Both the position numbers and the translations under genes were made by a program. This document shows, piece by piece, positions 40,440 to 50,819 of a stretch of 64,000 bases of DNA (positions within the stretch are counted from its first letter, which is position 1; each line of letters starts with the position of its first letter). Below the pieces are notes generated by a model, which was not told where the DNA came from, searched no databases, and saw only the letters and a program-made list of their open reading frames with translations. The stretch is from Oceanisphaera sp. (GTDB taxonomy: Bacteria; Pseudomonadota; Gammaproteobacteria; Enterobacterales; Aeromonadaceae): the NCBI RefSeq assembly GCF_048268965.1, contig NZ_JBLWUK010000015.1:14575-78574 (forward strand). The letters are read 5' to 3'.

Positions 40440-40843
40440 GCCTTTTGCAATGTCTCGACTATCGGGCTGTTGGCGGCGGGAAAGTCGTACTGGCCTAGTT
40501 CGTCTACCGGTACCCAGCGGCTGGGTTGGCCTTCAAGCCCACTCGGTTCGCCGCTGAAGGCGGTCACTTTACGGATGGCCAGGGTGACGAGCTTGTCGCC
40601 GTAGTCGTGCTCTATCTGCATCAACGGCTGGCAGGCCTGCACTATGATGCCCACTTCTTCTGCCAGCTCCCGGGCCAGTGCCTGAGCCACAGTTTCGCCG
40701 GCTTCGACCTTGCCGCCGGGAAACTCCCACTTGTTTGCCTGGTGCTGACTGGCGCCACGGCGGCAGATAAAAATTTCGCCCTCGGTATTTTCAATCACCC
40801 CCACCGCTACCAGTACCGATTTCTTGACGGTATCAGTACTCAT
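40436..40843 (-). CDS. mutT: 8-oxo-dGTP diphosphatase
   Basis: [41 protein letters not shown]. Confidence 0.92.
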   Translation of the reverse strand: MSTDTVKKSVLVAVGVIENTEGEIFICRRGASQHQANKWEFPGGKVEAGETVAQALARELAEEVGIIVQACQPLMQIEHDYGDKLVTLAIRKVTAFSGEPSGLEGQPSRWVPVDELGQYDFPAANSPIVETLQKA

Positions 40844-41024
40844 TTTCATTATCCTGATCCGGTAGCCAGGCCGGGTCACCGGGAATACGCTTTTCTTCGT
40901 CTGCCCACTCGCCCAAATCAATCAGTTGGCAACGCTTGCTGCAAAACGGACGAAACGGGCTTTGCTCGCTCCATTCCACAGGCGTCTTGCAGGTGGGGCA
41001 GGTAACGGTGAGAACTTTATTCAT
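40833..41024 (-). CDS. yacG: DNA gyrase inhibitor YacG
   Basis: CPTC...[20 protein letters not shown] zinc motif. Confidence 0.95.
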   Translation of the reverse strand: MNKVLTVTCPTCKTPVEWSEQSPFRPFCSKRCQLIDLGEWADEEKRIPGDPAWLPDQDNENEY

Positions 41025-41755
41025 TTAATATTCGCCAATTCAAATTCAACATTACCGATTTCATGATTATCAACCGGCATAAAGCGGATGGTATAGCGGT
41101 ACTTGTTACCACTGACTACCGGGTAAATGGCCTGATCGGCCGGCAGACGCAAGCGGATAATATGGGTGTGTGCCGCATCGTCCTGAAAAAAGCCGTTGTT
41201 GGCTACCTGAGACTGAAACTGGCCGGTTTCGCGCCACAGGGTAAGTTGTAGCTCCAGCCCTTGTTGTAACAGCTGTAGCTGGGCCAGCCAGCCATCAATG
41301 TCTTGCTGCTGGTTTTCCCGGGGCTGATGCAGCCAGTAATGCAACTGCGGCACATCAAAGGAGCACAGGCCACCGGGTATGGCAAAGCGGCTACGAATGG
41401 CCGTGAGCAGCTTGTCTTCACGCAGTTGCTGGCCAAAACGTGACGCTCTGGGGAGTTGCTGGCTTAACTCGGCCAGCTGTTGCTCCAGCTGGGCCAGTGC
41501 GGCGGCATCGATCCCCGGCACCTGGGCCCAGGCGGCCAGCTTTTCTTTTTGAATGGACAGATCTTTGGCCAGATCGGTGCGAATATCGCAGCGTTCCAGC
41601 AGCTCAATAATATCGAGCAGTGCTTTAAAGAGGGCAATGGTCTGGCCGCTGGCAGTCAGACTGCGGCATTGCTTGATTTGTTGCAGCAAGTCGTTGAGGC
41701 GCAGGTAATTGCGACATTTTTCATTAAGCGGGTATTCGTAAACCAGTGATGACAT
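41021..41755 (-). CDS. zapD: Cell division protein ZapD
   Basis: Start [49 protein letters not shown]. Confidence 0.92.
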   Translation of the reverse strand: MSSLVYEYPLNEKCRNYLRLNDLLQQIKQCRSLTASGQTIALFKALLDIIELLERCDIRTDLAKDLSIQKEKLAAWAQVPGIDAAALAQLEQQLAELSQQLPRASRFGQQLREDKLLTAIRSRFAIPGGLCSFDVPQLHYWLHQPRENQQQDIDGWLAQLQLLQQGLELQLTLWRETGQFQSQVANNGFFQDDAAHTHIIRLRLPADQAIYPVVSGNKYRYTIRFMPVDNHEIGNVEFELANIK

Positions 41756-41805
41756 AAGGCTCCTGCCCACAGGTAAAGGCGATAATGGCGGCAATGTTAC
41801 CCGTA

Positions 41806-42951
41806 TCAGTCGGTAATAAACAAATCGAGCAAGCGGTTTAAAAAGCGTCGCCCCAGTGGCGTTACCTGCCAGTGAGTGTCGGTTTCGTCCAGCAGTTCTA
41901 GCCGCAAGGCCTCTGTCAGCGGGGTTTCCAGCAGGCTTGCAGACTGCCCGGTAAGCTGCGGGAATTCCTGTTTGGGAATCGCCTCGAACAGCCGCAACCG
42001 ATTCATGAAATATTCCAGCGACAGATCCTGCGTGGCTATCGGCCAATACTGATCCAGGTAAGGACGGTTGGCTTCTAGATACCCCTTGGGGTGCTTGACC
42101 TTGACGGTGCGAACCAGCTTTCCTTCTAACGGTAGGGTGATTTTACCGTGGGCGCCACAGCCAATGCCTAAATAATCGCCAAAGCGCCAGTAGTTCAGAT
42201 TATGCCGGGCCTCGAATCCGGGTTTGGCATAGGCCGACACTTCATACTGCAGGTAGCCGTTGGCCAACAGCAGGGCGTGACCCTGCTCATAAATATCGGC
42301 CAGCGTTTCGTCTTCTGGCAGGGCCGGCGGACGGGAGGCAAAGGGCGTATTGGGCTCTATGGTCAGCTGATACCAGGATAAGTGGGGCGGGGACAGGGCG
42401 ATGGCCTGTTCCAGATCCGACAAGGCGTCGCTCAGGCTTTGCTCGGGCAGGCCATGCATCAGGTCGATATTGAAGCTGTTTAGCCCCACGGTCGCCGCTT
42501 CCTGTGCGGCGAAGCGTGCCTGCTCGGGATCATGAATACGGCCCAGGCGGGCCAGTTTTTCTGGCTGAAAGCTTTGAATGCCAATCGAGATGCGGTTGAC
42601 CCCGGCTGCTTTAAAGCCGGCAAAACGACCGGCTTCTACCGTGCCCGGGTTGGCTTCCAGGGTGATTTCCATGGCGTCTGCAAACGGGATCAGTGCCTTG
42701 ATGCCATCGAGCAACCGCTTGATGGCCTCCGGGCTCATCAGGCTGGGGGTGCCGCCACCAATAAAAATACTGTGTAACGGACGGCCCTGGGCCAGGTGAA
42801 GATCCTGGCGCAGATCCTCAAGCAGGGCACTAATATACGCCTGCTCGGGAATCGCTTCTTTCAGGGGGTGAGAGTTAAAGTCGCAATAGGGGCATTTTTG
42901 CACACACCAGGGAATGTGCACATAGAGGCTGAGCGGGGGAAGATGCAGCAT
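41806..42951 (-). CDS. hemW: Radical SAM heme chaperone HemW (YggW)
   Basis: Start [62 protein letters not shown]. Confidence 0.95.
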   Translation of the reverse strand: MLHLPPLSLYVHIPWCVQKCPYCDFNSHPLKEAIPEQAYISALLEDLRQDLHLAQGRPLHSIFIGGGTPSLMSPEAIKRLLDGIKALIPFADAMEITLEANPGTVEAGRFAGFKAAGVNRISIGIQSFQPEKLARLGRIHDPEQARFAAQEAATVGLNSFNIDLMHGLPEQSLSDALSDLEQAIALSPPHLSWYQLTIEPNTPFASRPPALPEDETLADIYEQGHALLLANGYLQYEVSAYAKPGFEARHNLNYWRFGDYLGIGCGAHGKITLPLEGKLVRTVKVKHPKGYLEANRPYLDQYWPIATQDLSLEYFMNRLRLFEAIPKQEFPQLTGQSASLLETPLTEALRLELLDETDTHWQVTPLGRRFLNRLLDLFITD

Positions 42952-43562
42952 CACGATTGCTCTTGCGGCAAGGCTTGCAGCTGGTCTTGTAACTGGCGCA
43001 GCGCCTTGCCTCTGTGGCTGAGGCGGTTTTTCTCGGCGGCGCTGAGCTCGGCGGCGGTTTTGCCGGCCTCGGATACCCAGAACACGGGATCGTAGCCAAA
43101 GCCCTGTTCGCCCCGGGCGGCCGTGGTAATCTCGCCGTGCCATGAACCGCTGCAAATCAGGGGCGTGGGGTCGTCGGCATGGCGCATATACACCAGCACA
43201 CACCAAAAGGTAGCCTGACGCTGCCCGGCTGGCGTGTCTTGCAGCTGGGTCAGCAATAATTCCAGGTTTTGTTGATCGGTCGTCTGCTCGCCGGCAAAGC
43301 GTGCAGAGTACACGCCGGGACGGCCGTCCAGCGCGGCAACAGCCAGCCCTGAGTCATCGGCTATGGCAGGCAGGCCGGTAATGGCGGCGGCATGACGGGC
43401 CTTGATAATGGCGTTTTCCACGAAGGTGGTGCCGGTTTCATCGGCATCGGTCACGCCCAGTTTGCTCTGGGGAATGACGGTCATGTCCAGCTCGCCGAGT
43501 AGGCTTTGTAATTCGGCAACTTTTTTGGCGTTACCCGAGGCCAGTACTATCTGCTTGCTCAC
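42951..43562 (-). CDS. rdgB: XTP/dITP diphosphatase
   Basis: [47 protein letters not shown]. Confidence 0.96.
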   Translation of the reverse strand: MSKQIVLASGNAKKVAELQSLLGELDMTVIPQSKLGVTDADETGTTFVENAIIKARHAAAITGLPAIADDSGLAVAALDGRPGVYSARFAGEQTTDQQNLELLLTQLQDTPAGQRQATFWCVLVYMRHADDPTPLICSGSWHGEITTAARGEQGFGYDPVFWVSEAGKTAAELSAAEKNRLSHRGKALRQLQDQLQALPQEQS

Positions 43563-43646
43563 CTGATACTCCCGTTAGGCTGAGGCGTGTGAGTGTGCAT
43601 AATAACACTGCTGCCCCCGGAAGTGAGTGCTCGGATGCGCGCAGGC

Positions 43647-44072
43647 TCAATCGGTATAAAAAGTATGGCGGAACGAGAACTCGCCACCCCGGTTCGGACC
43701 TTGAATATCGATGGTGAACAGCACATTGTCGACATTGCGATAGGGGTATTCGGCGATGTAATAGATGGCATCACCTTCGCGTATGGTTTGAAACTCCAGT
43801 TTGCGCACCGTGCCAATCAGCGTTTTGCCTTCTCCGGTCAGGTTCACCTGCAGAGACTTGCCGTTTTCATCGAGTACCGCAATATTCAGAATGCCGTTAT
43901 AGCGGCTGCGCTCGATGCGATTGGTGCGAGCCACTTCGGGGGTCAGAAAAGTGGAGGGCAGGGCGCTGTAATGCACGGTCCAGTCGCCCACCTTGGTTTC
44001 GTCGGCCTGAGCCTGGACCGAGAGCAAGAGCCCCAGACCAAGCCATAAGGTAGTCAGCATGCCTTTAAACAT
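43647..44072 (-). CDS. DUF4426 family exported protein
   Basis: Signal peptide, VHYSALPSTFLTPEVA, IREGDAIYYIAE; usual position between yggU and rdgB. Confidence 0.85.
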   Translation of the reverse strand: MFKGMLTTLWLGLGLLLSVQAQADETKVGDWTVHYSALPSTFLTPEVARTNRIERSRYNGILNIAVLDENGKSLQVNLTGEGKTLIGTVRKLEFQTIREGDAIYYIAEYPYRNVDNVLFTIDIQGPNRGGEFSFRHTFYTD

Positions 44073-44109
44073 CACTCTTCCTCTTTGTTTAAGCGTCTTA
44101 ATATTCAGT

Positions 44110-44412
44110 TTAGGTCAACAGCTCAGCCAGTACCGGCGGAATTTCTGTTGGCGATGCGATCACGACTTTCTTGTGCCGGCTGCTGGCGCCGGCAACCAAT
44201 TGCACCTGAGACTTGGCCACCCGGCACTGTTTGGCTAGCCATTTCAGCAGATGCGCATTGGCCTTGCCCTCGACAGGAGGCGCGGTAATGGCGATTTTGA
44301 GTTCGTCACCATGCAGACCAAGAAACTGGTCCCGGCTGGCCTTGGGCTGTAAATAGACGCGCAGGTAAAGCGCGTCATCCTTGAGTTGAACCGCCAGGCT
44401 TATATCCCCCAC
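44110..44412 (-). CDS. yggU: DUF167 family protein YggU
   Basis: [29 protein letters not shown]. Confidence 0.92.
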   Translation of the reverse strand: MGDISLAVQLKDDALYLRVYLQPKASRDQFLGLHGDELKIAITAPPVEGKANAHLLKWLAKQCRVAKSQVQLVAGASSRHKKVVIASPTEIPPVLAELLT

Positions 44413-44951
44413 CAGAGGATGAAGATATCCCCCATCAGGGAGTTGAGCACCTGGAGTATGATAAAGAATACCAGCATGGACAGGTCGAGCCCGCCCAGAG
44501 AGGGAACCACGCGGCGTATGGGGGCCAGCAAGGGTTCGGTCAGCTGTACCATCAGATACTCAACCGGATTATTGCCCTGGCTTACCCAGCTCAGCAGCGC
44601 GCGTATAATCAGGATCCAGAACAGCATGGCGCCCGCTTTCTTGACGATGGTGAGCACGACCAGCAACAGCCAGTCGGACCAGATATCGGTTTCGAGGATT
44701 TTGAGTCCGTACAGCAGGCTGAGCTTGACCATCACCACCAGCACGGCCAGCAACAGGGCCGCGATGTCGATACCAAAATAGCCGGGAACAAAGCGGCGCA
44801 GGGGTTTCAATACCGGATTGGTCGCCTTGACCACAAACTGGCTGAAGGGATTGTAGAAGTCGGCCCTGGCCAGCTGCAGCCAGATACGCATCAGTACCAC
44901 CATCAGGTACAGGTTGCACAGGGTATTAATGAGATAGTAAGCGGTATTCAT
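44400..44951 (-). CDS. yggT: YggT family membrane protein
   Basis: [35 protein letters not shown]. Confidence 0.94.
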   Translation of the reverse strand: MNTAYYLINTLCNLYLMVVLMRIWLQLARADFYNPFSQFVVKATNPVLKPLRRFVPGYFGIDIAALLLAVLVVMVKLSLLYGLKILETDIWSDWLLLVVLTIVKKAGAMLFWILIIRALLSWVSQGNNPVEYLMVQLTEPLLAPIRRVVPSLGGLDLSMLVFFIILQVLNSLMGDIFILWWGI

Positions 44952-44960
44952 TTATTGTCC

Positions 44961-45782
44961 TTAGAGCTGAGTTTCTAGTTCGCGCGCCCGTGTTGCGGCG
45001 GCGGCCATGGCGTGTGCGACCAGTTGTTCCAGGCCTTGCTCTTGAAAGTGGCGAATGGCTTCGGCTGTGGTGCCTCCCTTGGAGGTGACCTGTGCTCTCA
45101 GCTCGCTCAGGCTGACATCCGGATTGGCGGCCACCATATGGGCGGCGCCCAATGCGGTTTGCTCTACCAGTAACCGGGCTTCCTGTTCACTAAAGCCCGA
45201 TTGCTGTGCCTGAGCCGCCATGGCTTCCATAAACAGAAAAAAATAGGCTGGTGCACTGCCGGCGGCGGCAATCACCTGGTTGATACCCTCTTCGTCGTTG
45301 ACCCACAGGGTTTTGCCCACGGCCTGCATCATCTGCTGGCAATAATCGCGGTCGGCCTGTTCGATGTGAGCACGGGCATACAGGCCCGTCATGCCCAGGC
45401 CGAGCAACGAGGGAGTATTGGGCATGGTACGAATAATGCGTTGCTGGCCGGTGAGTTGCTCCAGCCGCGATACCGAGATGCCGGCAGCAATCGAGATCAG
45501 CAGCTTGCCATCCAGCCCGGCGTTGTGCTGCTGCAGGTCGGTCAGCATGCCGGCCATCATCTGCGGCTTGACGGCCAGCACCAGGGCCTGGGCCCAGGCG
45601 ACCGCCTGGGTATTATCCTGGCTGGTGTGAATACCGAAGTCGGCAGCCAGTTGTTCCAGTTTTCCCGGTGAAGGGTTGGTTGCCATAATGGCATCGGCGG
45701 GATAACCCGATTTAATCAGCCCGGAGATCAGGCTGCGTGACATGTTTCCTGCGCCAATAAAGGCCAGTTTTCTATGTTCCAT
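44961..45782 (-). CDS. proC: Pyrroline-5-carboxylate reductase
   Basis: FIGAGNM, LAVKPQ, RTMPNTP, GSAPAY, VTSKGGTT. Confidence 0.96.
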   Translation of the reverse strand: MEHRKLAFIGAGNMSRSLISGLIKSGYPADAIMATNPSPGKLEQLAADFGIHTSQDNTQAVAWAQALVLAVKPQMMAGMLTDLQQHNAGLDGKLLISIAAGISVSRLEQLTGQQRIIRTMPNTPSLLGLGMTGLYARAHIEQADRDYCQQMMQAVGKTLWVNDEEGINQVIAAAGSAPAYFFLFMEAMAAQAQQSGFSEQEARLLVEQTALGAAHMVAANPDVSLSELRAQVTSKGGTTAEAIRHFQEQGLEQLVAHAMAAAATRARELETQL

Positions 45783-45792
45783 TACTGATTAC

Positions 45793-46485
45793 TCACGAGT
45801 TGCGAGAGCCAAATATAGCCGTGCCAACCCTAACCAGGGTACTGCCACAGGCCACTGCGAGTTCTAGATCGTTACTCATTCCCATGGATAACGTATCCAG
45901 GTCGGGATATTTTTCTGCCATTCTATCAAACAGTTGTCGTAACTCTAGTAATTGTGTCGTGAGTTTGTCGCTATCGTCGGTCGCCTCGGGAATCGCCATC
46001 AATCCGCGCAGGCATATGCCTGGCAACGAGTCGATTTTAGCGGCCAGCGCTGCTACGTCTTCGGGCAACAGACCCGACTTATTGGCTTCTTTGCTGATGT
46101 TGACCTGCAAACAAATATTCAGCGGACGCATGTTGCCGGGTCGCTGGGCGCTGAGGCGCTCGGCAATCTTGAGTCGGTCGACACTTTGCACCCAATCGAA
46201 GGCTTCTGCCACCTGCCGGGTTTTGTTCGATTGCAGCGGGCCTATCAGGTGCCAGCAAATATCGGGGCAATCGGACTTTAACGCCTGTATTTTATCGATG
46301 GCTTCTTGTACATAGTTTTCCCCGAACTGGCGCTGGCCGGCCTGGTAGGCGCTTAACAGATCGGCGACCGGTTTAGTCTTGCTAACGGCCAGGAGTTGTA
46401 TTTCATCGGGGTGGCGCTCACAGGCGGTGGCTGCGGCGGCAATTCTGTCGTGCACCAAGTGCAGCTGTTGTAGGATAGTATTCAT
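45793..46485 (-). CDS. yggS: PLP homeostasis protein YggS
   Basis: Start MNTILQQL; LLAVSKTKP, FGENYVQE, WHLIGPLQSNK, LSMGMSND, VRVGTAIFG. Confidence 0.96.
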   Translation of the reverse strand: MNTILQQLHLVHDRIAAAATACERHPDEIQLLAVSKTKPVADLLSAYQAGQRQFGENYVQEAIDKIQALKSDCPDICWHLIGPLQSNKTRQVAEAFDWVQSVDRLKIAERLSAQRPGNMRPLNICLQVNISKEANKSGLLPEDVAALAAKIDSLPGICLRGLMAIPEATDDSDKLTTQLLELRQLFDRMAEKYPDLDTLSMGMSNDLELAVACGSTLVRVGTAIFGSRNS

Positions 46486-46519
46486 ATGAGCAATAAACCA
46501 AGAGCAACAGGAAGGGATA

Positions 46520-47557
46520 ATGGATATTACGGAATTATTGGCCTTTAGTGTAAAACATAATGCCTCCGATCTGCATCTGTCTGCCGGGGTGCCGCCCCAG
46601 ATCCGCGTTGATGGTGAAGTGCGAAAAATAAACGTGCCGGTATTGGAGCACCGAGAGGTGCACCGTTTGGTGTACGACATCATGAATGATTACCAGCGCA
46701 AAGAATATGAAGACAACCTGGAAATCGACTTTTCTTTCGAGCTGTCCGGCCTGGCGCGCTTTCGGGTCAATGCCTATCATCAGGCACGCGGTGCGGCAGC
46801 GGTGTTTCGTGTGATCCCGAGCGAGGTACTAAGCCTGGAGCAACTCGGCGGACCCGAAATATTTCGGCGCATTGCCGAGTATTCACGCGGCCTGGTGCTG
46901 GTGACGGGTCCGACCGGCTCGGGCAAGTCCACCACCCTGGCGGCCATGGTCGATCATATCAACGAGCATGAACACAAGCACATTCTGACCATAGAAGATC
47001 CCATTGAATTTGTGCATGACAATAAAAAGTGCCTGATCAACCAGCGTGAAGTGCACAGAGACACCCATTCATTCAGTAATGCGTTGCGTTCGGCCCTGCG
47101 CGAAGATCCCGATATTATTCTGGTCGGCGAGCTGCGGGATCTGGAAACGATCCGCCTGGCACTGACCGCCGCCGAAACCGGGCACCTGGTGTTTGCCACC
47201 CTGCATACCTCGTCGGCGGCCAAAACCATCGACCGGATTGTCGATGTCTTTCCCGGAGCCGAAAAAGCCATGGTAAGATCCATGCTGTCCGAATCTCTGC
47301 GTGCGGTTATCTCGCAAACCCTGCTGAAAAAACCGAATGGCGGGCGCATTGCCGCGCACGAGATCATGCTGGGCACGCCGGCTATTCGTAACCTGATCCG
47401 GGAAGACAAGGTGGCGCAGATGTATTCGGTGATCCAGACCGGCATGGCCCATGGCATGCAAACCATGGATCAGTGTTTGAAGCTGCTGGTAAGCAGCGGC
47501 ATGGTCACAGCGGTAGAAGCACGTGCGAAGGCGACGGACCCGCAGAGCATTCAATAA
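46520..47557 (+). CDS. pilT: Type IV pilus retraction ATPase PilT
   Basis: ASDLHLS, GPTGSGKST, EDPIE, LREDPD, AETGHL, AIRNLIRE. Confidence 0.97.
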   Translation: MDITELLAFSVKHNASDLHLSAGVPPQIRVDGEVRKINVPVLEHREVHRLVYDIMNDYQRKEYEDNLEIDFSFELSGLARFRVNAYHQARGAAAVFRVIPSEVLSLEQLGGPEIFRRIAEYSRGLVLVTGPTGSGKSTTLAAMVDHINEHEHKHILTIEDPIEFVHDNKKCLINQREVHRDTHSFSNALRSALREDPDIILVGELRDLETIRLALTAAETGHLVFATLHTSSAAKTIDRIVDVFPGAEKAMVRSMLSESLRAVISQTLLKKPNGGRIAAHEIMLGTPAIRNLIREDKVAQMYSVIQTGMAHGMQTMDQCLKLLVSSGMVTAVEARAKATDPQSIQ

Positions 47558-47572
47558 TGGGAGAAGATAAGC

Positions 47573-48685
47573 ATGGAGTTAACGCCTTTATTGCAGGCAA
47601 TGGTGGATCAGCAGGCCTCGGATCTCTATGTCTCGGTCGGGGTGCCGCCCATGGTGAAAAGCCATGGCAAACTGGTGCCCCTGGGCGAGACCCGGCTGAC
47701 GGCAGCAGATACGCTGGCCCTGGTGGAATCTTGCATGACCGCCGACTGGCACGCGCATTTTCACCGTCATAAAGAAGCCAACTTCGCCATTAGCGACGAG
47801 CAGTGCGGGCGTTTTCGGGTGAGTGCCTTCTGGCAACAGGAAAAGGCCGGCATGGTGATCCGCCGCATCGAAAGCAGGATCCCGACCTTCGAAGAGCTGT
47901 ATCTGCCCGACAGCCTGCGTGACATCGCCATGACCAAGCGCGGTCTGGTGTTGTTTGTAGGGGGGACGGGAACCGGTAAGTCGACCACCCAGGCGGCCAT
48001 GATTGGCCATCGCAACCGCCATGCGGACGATCATATTCTGACCATAGAAGATCCGGTGGAATTTGTGCATCAGCACGATCGCTCCATTATTACCCAGCGC
48101 GAAGTGGGTATAGATACCGAATCTTTTGAAGCCGCACTGAAAAGCTCTCTGCGTCAGGCGCCCAACGTGATCCTGATTGGGGAAATTCGCAGCGAAGAAA
48201 CCATGGGCTATGCCCTGGCGTTTGCCGAAACCGGGCACCTGTGCATGGCTACCCTGCACGCCAACAACGCCAACCAGGCGCTGGACCGTATTATGCACCT
48301 GGTGCCGGAAAGCAAGCATCGGCAGCTGCAGTTTGATTTGTCGTTCAACCTCAAGGCGATAGTGGCCCAGCAGCTGATTCCAACCCGAGATGGCGGCAAG
48401 CGGCGGGCCGCCTTTGAAGTGCTGTTGAACACGCCCCTCATGGCCGACTTGATCCGCAAAGGCGAAATGCATCGTTTGAAGGAGCTGATGGGCAAGTCCC
48501 GAGAGCAGGGCATGCAGACCTTCGATCAGGCCTTGTTTGATCTCTATACCCAACAGCACATCGGCTATAGCGAAGCCCTGGCCTATGCCGACTCTCCCAA
48601 CGATTTACGCTTGATGATCAAGCTGCAAGCAGGCAACCGGGGGCTGGATGCCGGCTTGCTCGATAACGCGACCATAGAAGATTGA
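47573..48685 (+). CDS. pilU: Type IV pilus ATPase PilU
   Basis: GGTGTGKST, LRQAPNVILIGEIR, HANNANQALDRI; follows pilT. Confidence 0.96.
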   Translation: MELTPLLQAMVDQQASDLYVSVGVPPMVKSHGKLVPLGETRLTAADTLALVESCMTADWHAHFHRHKEANFAISDEQCGRFRVSAFWQQEKAGMVIRRIESRIPTFEELYLPDSLRDIAMTKRGLVLFVGGTGTGKSTTQAAMIGHRNRHADDHILTIEDPVEFVHQHDRSIITQREVGIDTESFEAALKSSLRQAPNVILIGEIRSEETMGYALAFAETGHLCMATLHANNANQALDRIMHLVPESKHRQLQFDLSFNLKAIVAQQLIPTRDGGKRRAAFEVLLNTPLMADLIRKGEMHRLKELMGKSREQGMQTFDQALFDLYTQQHIGYSEALAYADSPNDLRLMIKLQAGNRGLDAGLLDNATIED

Positions 48686-48780
48686 GTGTGCTTTCAGCAG
48701 CGCCCAGCGCCTGGCACCAAGCGCCCAGAAAAAGATACACACAGTTCCTGTAGGCCGGCGCTTTAGCGGCCGGTTCTGCG

Positions 48781-49149
48781 TTATACCAATCTAAGTAAAA
48801 ATATGATCTATTTTAAAGCTGAGTACCAGAGGAAACAGAGTCAACTCCCACGACACGCCATAAACCCATCCTTGGGGGCTCGGGAAATGACATCCCTGTC
48901 ATTTCACGGTCGTGGGAGCCGAACTCTGTTGCCTCTCCACAAGCACCGAGTTGTCTGTAGATAGCACCTACAGGCAACTCCGCAGCTTGGGGCGGATGAA
49001 GGGATCTACTCCACCGACCATCACATGACAAGGAGGTCATGTGTTTGAGCGCCACAGGGAAGTGCTTGCAGCGTGTCGGTGGAGTAGACCCTTCGTTCGG
49101 CCTTTCCAGAGCAGCTAAATAGACCAGTTACTTACTCAGTTTGGTATTA
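48781..49149. mobile_element. 363-bp structured MITE-like element, copy 2
   Basis: Same orientation as, and ~97% identical to, 31360-31727; TTA flanks at 48781-48783 and 49147-49149. Confidence 0.8.
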
Positions 49150-49317
49150 GCAGAATATGTTTTATGTCAGACCCTAATAGCTGACCGCTTTATTTTATGC
49201 CTCGCCTGTGGATTTCGTAGGGGCCGTGGCAAAATGGCTGTAAAGGTTGGATGTTTGTTCGCCATGACGCTGTTGTTGTGATGGCGGGTTTTTATAATAG
49301 TTATTTAGAGGTAACTC

Positions 49318-50091
49318 ATGCTGATAGTGGTTTCTCCTGCCAAGACACTCGATTTTGATACGCCACCGGTTATTGCCGACTTCACTCAGCCTGAGTTATT
49401 AGCCGAATCGGCGCTGTTGATCGAGCGGGCTCGCCAGCTAAGCCCGGCCGACATTGGCAAGCTGATGAAGATCAGCGACAAGCTCGCCGGGCTGAATGCC
49501 GCCCGTTTTGCCGACTGGCAGCCTGATTTTACTCCGGACAACGCCAAGCAGGCGCTTCTGGCGTTTAAAGGCGATGTGTATACCGGGCTGGATGCCGAAA
49601 GCCTGAGTCCGGCGGACTTTGCCTTTGCTCAACAACATTTTCGTATGCTGTCGGGCTTGTACGGCCTGCTGCGGCCACTGGATCTGATGCAGCCTTACCG
49701 GCTGGAGATGGGCACCAAGCTGGATAACGAGCGCGGTAAAGACCTGTATGCCTTCTGGGGGGACATTATTACCGACAAGCTCAATCAGGCTCTGGAAGAG
49801 CAGGGCGATAATGTGCTGATCAACCTGGCATCCAACGAGTACTTCAAGGCGGTTAAACCCAAGCGCCTGGCCGGACAGATTATTACCCCGGTATTCAAGG
49901 ACTGTAAGAACGGCCAGTACAAAATCATCAGCTTTTACGCCAAGAAGGCACGAGGCATGATGGCGCGTTATATTATTCAGCATCAGCTGACCGAGGTGAG
50001 CCAGCTAACCGCCTTTGACACCGCGGGTTACTACTTCGTTGAAGCCGAGTCGACCGCGACCGAGCTGGTGTTCAAGCGCGAAGAGCAGTAA
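49318..50091 (+). CDS. yaaA: Peroxide stress / DNA-binding protein YaaA
   Basis: [55 protein letters not shown]. Confidence 0.96.
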   Translation: MLIVVSPAKTLDFDTPPVIADFTQPELLAESALLIERARQLSPADIGKLMKISDKLAGLNAARFADWQPDFTPDNAKQALLAFKGDVYTGLDAESLSPADFAFAQQHFRMLSGLYGLLRPLDLMQPYRLEMGTKLDNERGKDLYAFWGDIITDKLNQALEEQGDNVLINLASNEYFKAVKPKRLAGQIITPVFKDCKNGQYKIISFYAKKARGMMARYIIQHQLTEVSQLTAFDTAGYYFVEAESTATELVFKREEQ

Positions 50092-50278
50092 TGCCCTCTG
50101 GGCAGCGGTACGTTTTAAGCCATACGCAGTAAGCCAAAGGCCAACACTGGATCCGCAGGTCTGGTTTTCTGCCTTAAAGTGGACAGAGCATAGAGGCGAC
50201 AAAAGGCGGAGCGGCTCTTTAACCGACAGCGTACAGCGTATGACCTACGGCGTTTTAACGTTTTTTCGCAAAAAGTGT

Positions 50279-50305
50279 GAACCTTTTGCCCTGGGGCTGC
50301 TCTTA
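50279..50305 (+). promoter_or_regulatory. SigmaE (RpoE/AlgU)-type promoter, copy 1
   Basis: GAACCT-N16-TCTTA with an upstream A-tract. Confidence 0.65.
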
Positions 50306-50311
50306 ACTAGT

Positions 50312-50377
50312 GTGCTTACTGAATTTGAATACTCTCTCTTCTTCCTTTTTAACCGGTCCCGATGGGCCGGTTTTTTT
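50312..50377 (+). ncRNA. Candidate small RNA, copy 1 (~66 nt)
   Basis: GTGCTTACTGAATTTGAATACTCTCTCTTCTTCCTTTTTA + ACCGGTCC-CGAT-GGGCCGGT-T7 terminator; no ORF. Confidence 0.65.
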
Positions 50378-50476
50378 ATGGGGCCGGTATCGGCGGCGGC
50401 ACGTCACTGCGTCTTCGGCCAAAACAGGGCCTTGAGCTAAAAAAGGGCCTTTAGCCAAAAAAAAAGTAAAAAGCCG

Positions 50477-50503
50477 GAACCTTTTGCTCCGGCTGTGCTC
50501 TTA
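50477..50503 (+). promoter_or_regulatory. SigmaE-type promoter, copy 2
   Basis: (G)GAACCT-N16-TCTTA; the spacer has diverged from copy 1 while the boxes are unchanged. Confidence 0.65.
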
Positions 50504-50509
50504 ATGAGT

Positions 50510-50574
50510 ATGCTTACTGAATTTGAATACTCTCTCTTCTTCATTTTGACCGGTCCCGATGGGCCGGTTTTTTT
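50510..50574 (+). ncRNA. Candidate small RNA, copy 2 (~65 nt)
   Basis: ATGCTTACTGAATTTGAATACTCTCTCTTCTTCATTTTG + the same terminator hairpin and T7. Confidence 0.65.
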
Positions 50575-50690
50575 ATGGGGTACCGGTACTTTTTTATGAG
50601 GTACCGCTACCGGCGGTGGCGCATAACGGCGCTTTCAGCCTAAAAAAGTGCCATCAGATCAAAAAATAGCCATTGGCCAAAAAAAAACCG

Positions 50691-50717
50691 GAACCTTTCG
50701 GTCCGGCCGTGCTCTTA
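50691..50717 (+). promoter_or_regulatory. SigmaE-type promoter, copy 3
   Basis: (G)GAACCT-N16-TCTTA preceded by an A9 tract. Confidence 0.65.
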
Positions 50718-50723
50718 CCTAGT

Positions 50724-50786
50724 GTGCTTACTGAATTTTACTACTCTCTTCTTCTTTTTGACCGGTCCTGATGGGCCGGTTTTTTT
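50724..50786 (+). ncRNA. Candidate small RNA, copy 3 (~63 nt)
   Basis: GTGCTTACTGAATTTTACTACTCTCTTCTTCTTTTTG + ACCGGTCC-TGAT-GGGCCGGT-T7; the hairpin differs from copies 1-2 only in the loop. Confidence 0.65.
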
Positions 50787-50819
50787 ATCGGCACTTTTTT
50801 AGCGGTACTGTGGGGCGGA

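Noticed and set aside
50260-50790. Three repeats with unique spacers read as a CRISPR array
   Set aside because: The repeats are ~100 bp, each contains a promoter and a terminator, the spacers are ~100 bp and unequal, and no cas genes are present.
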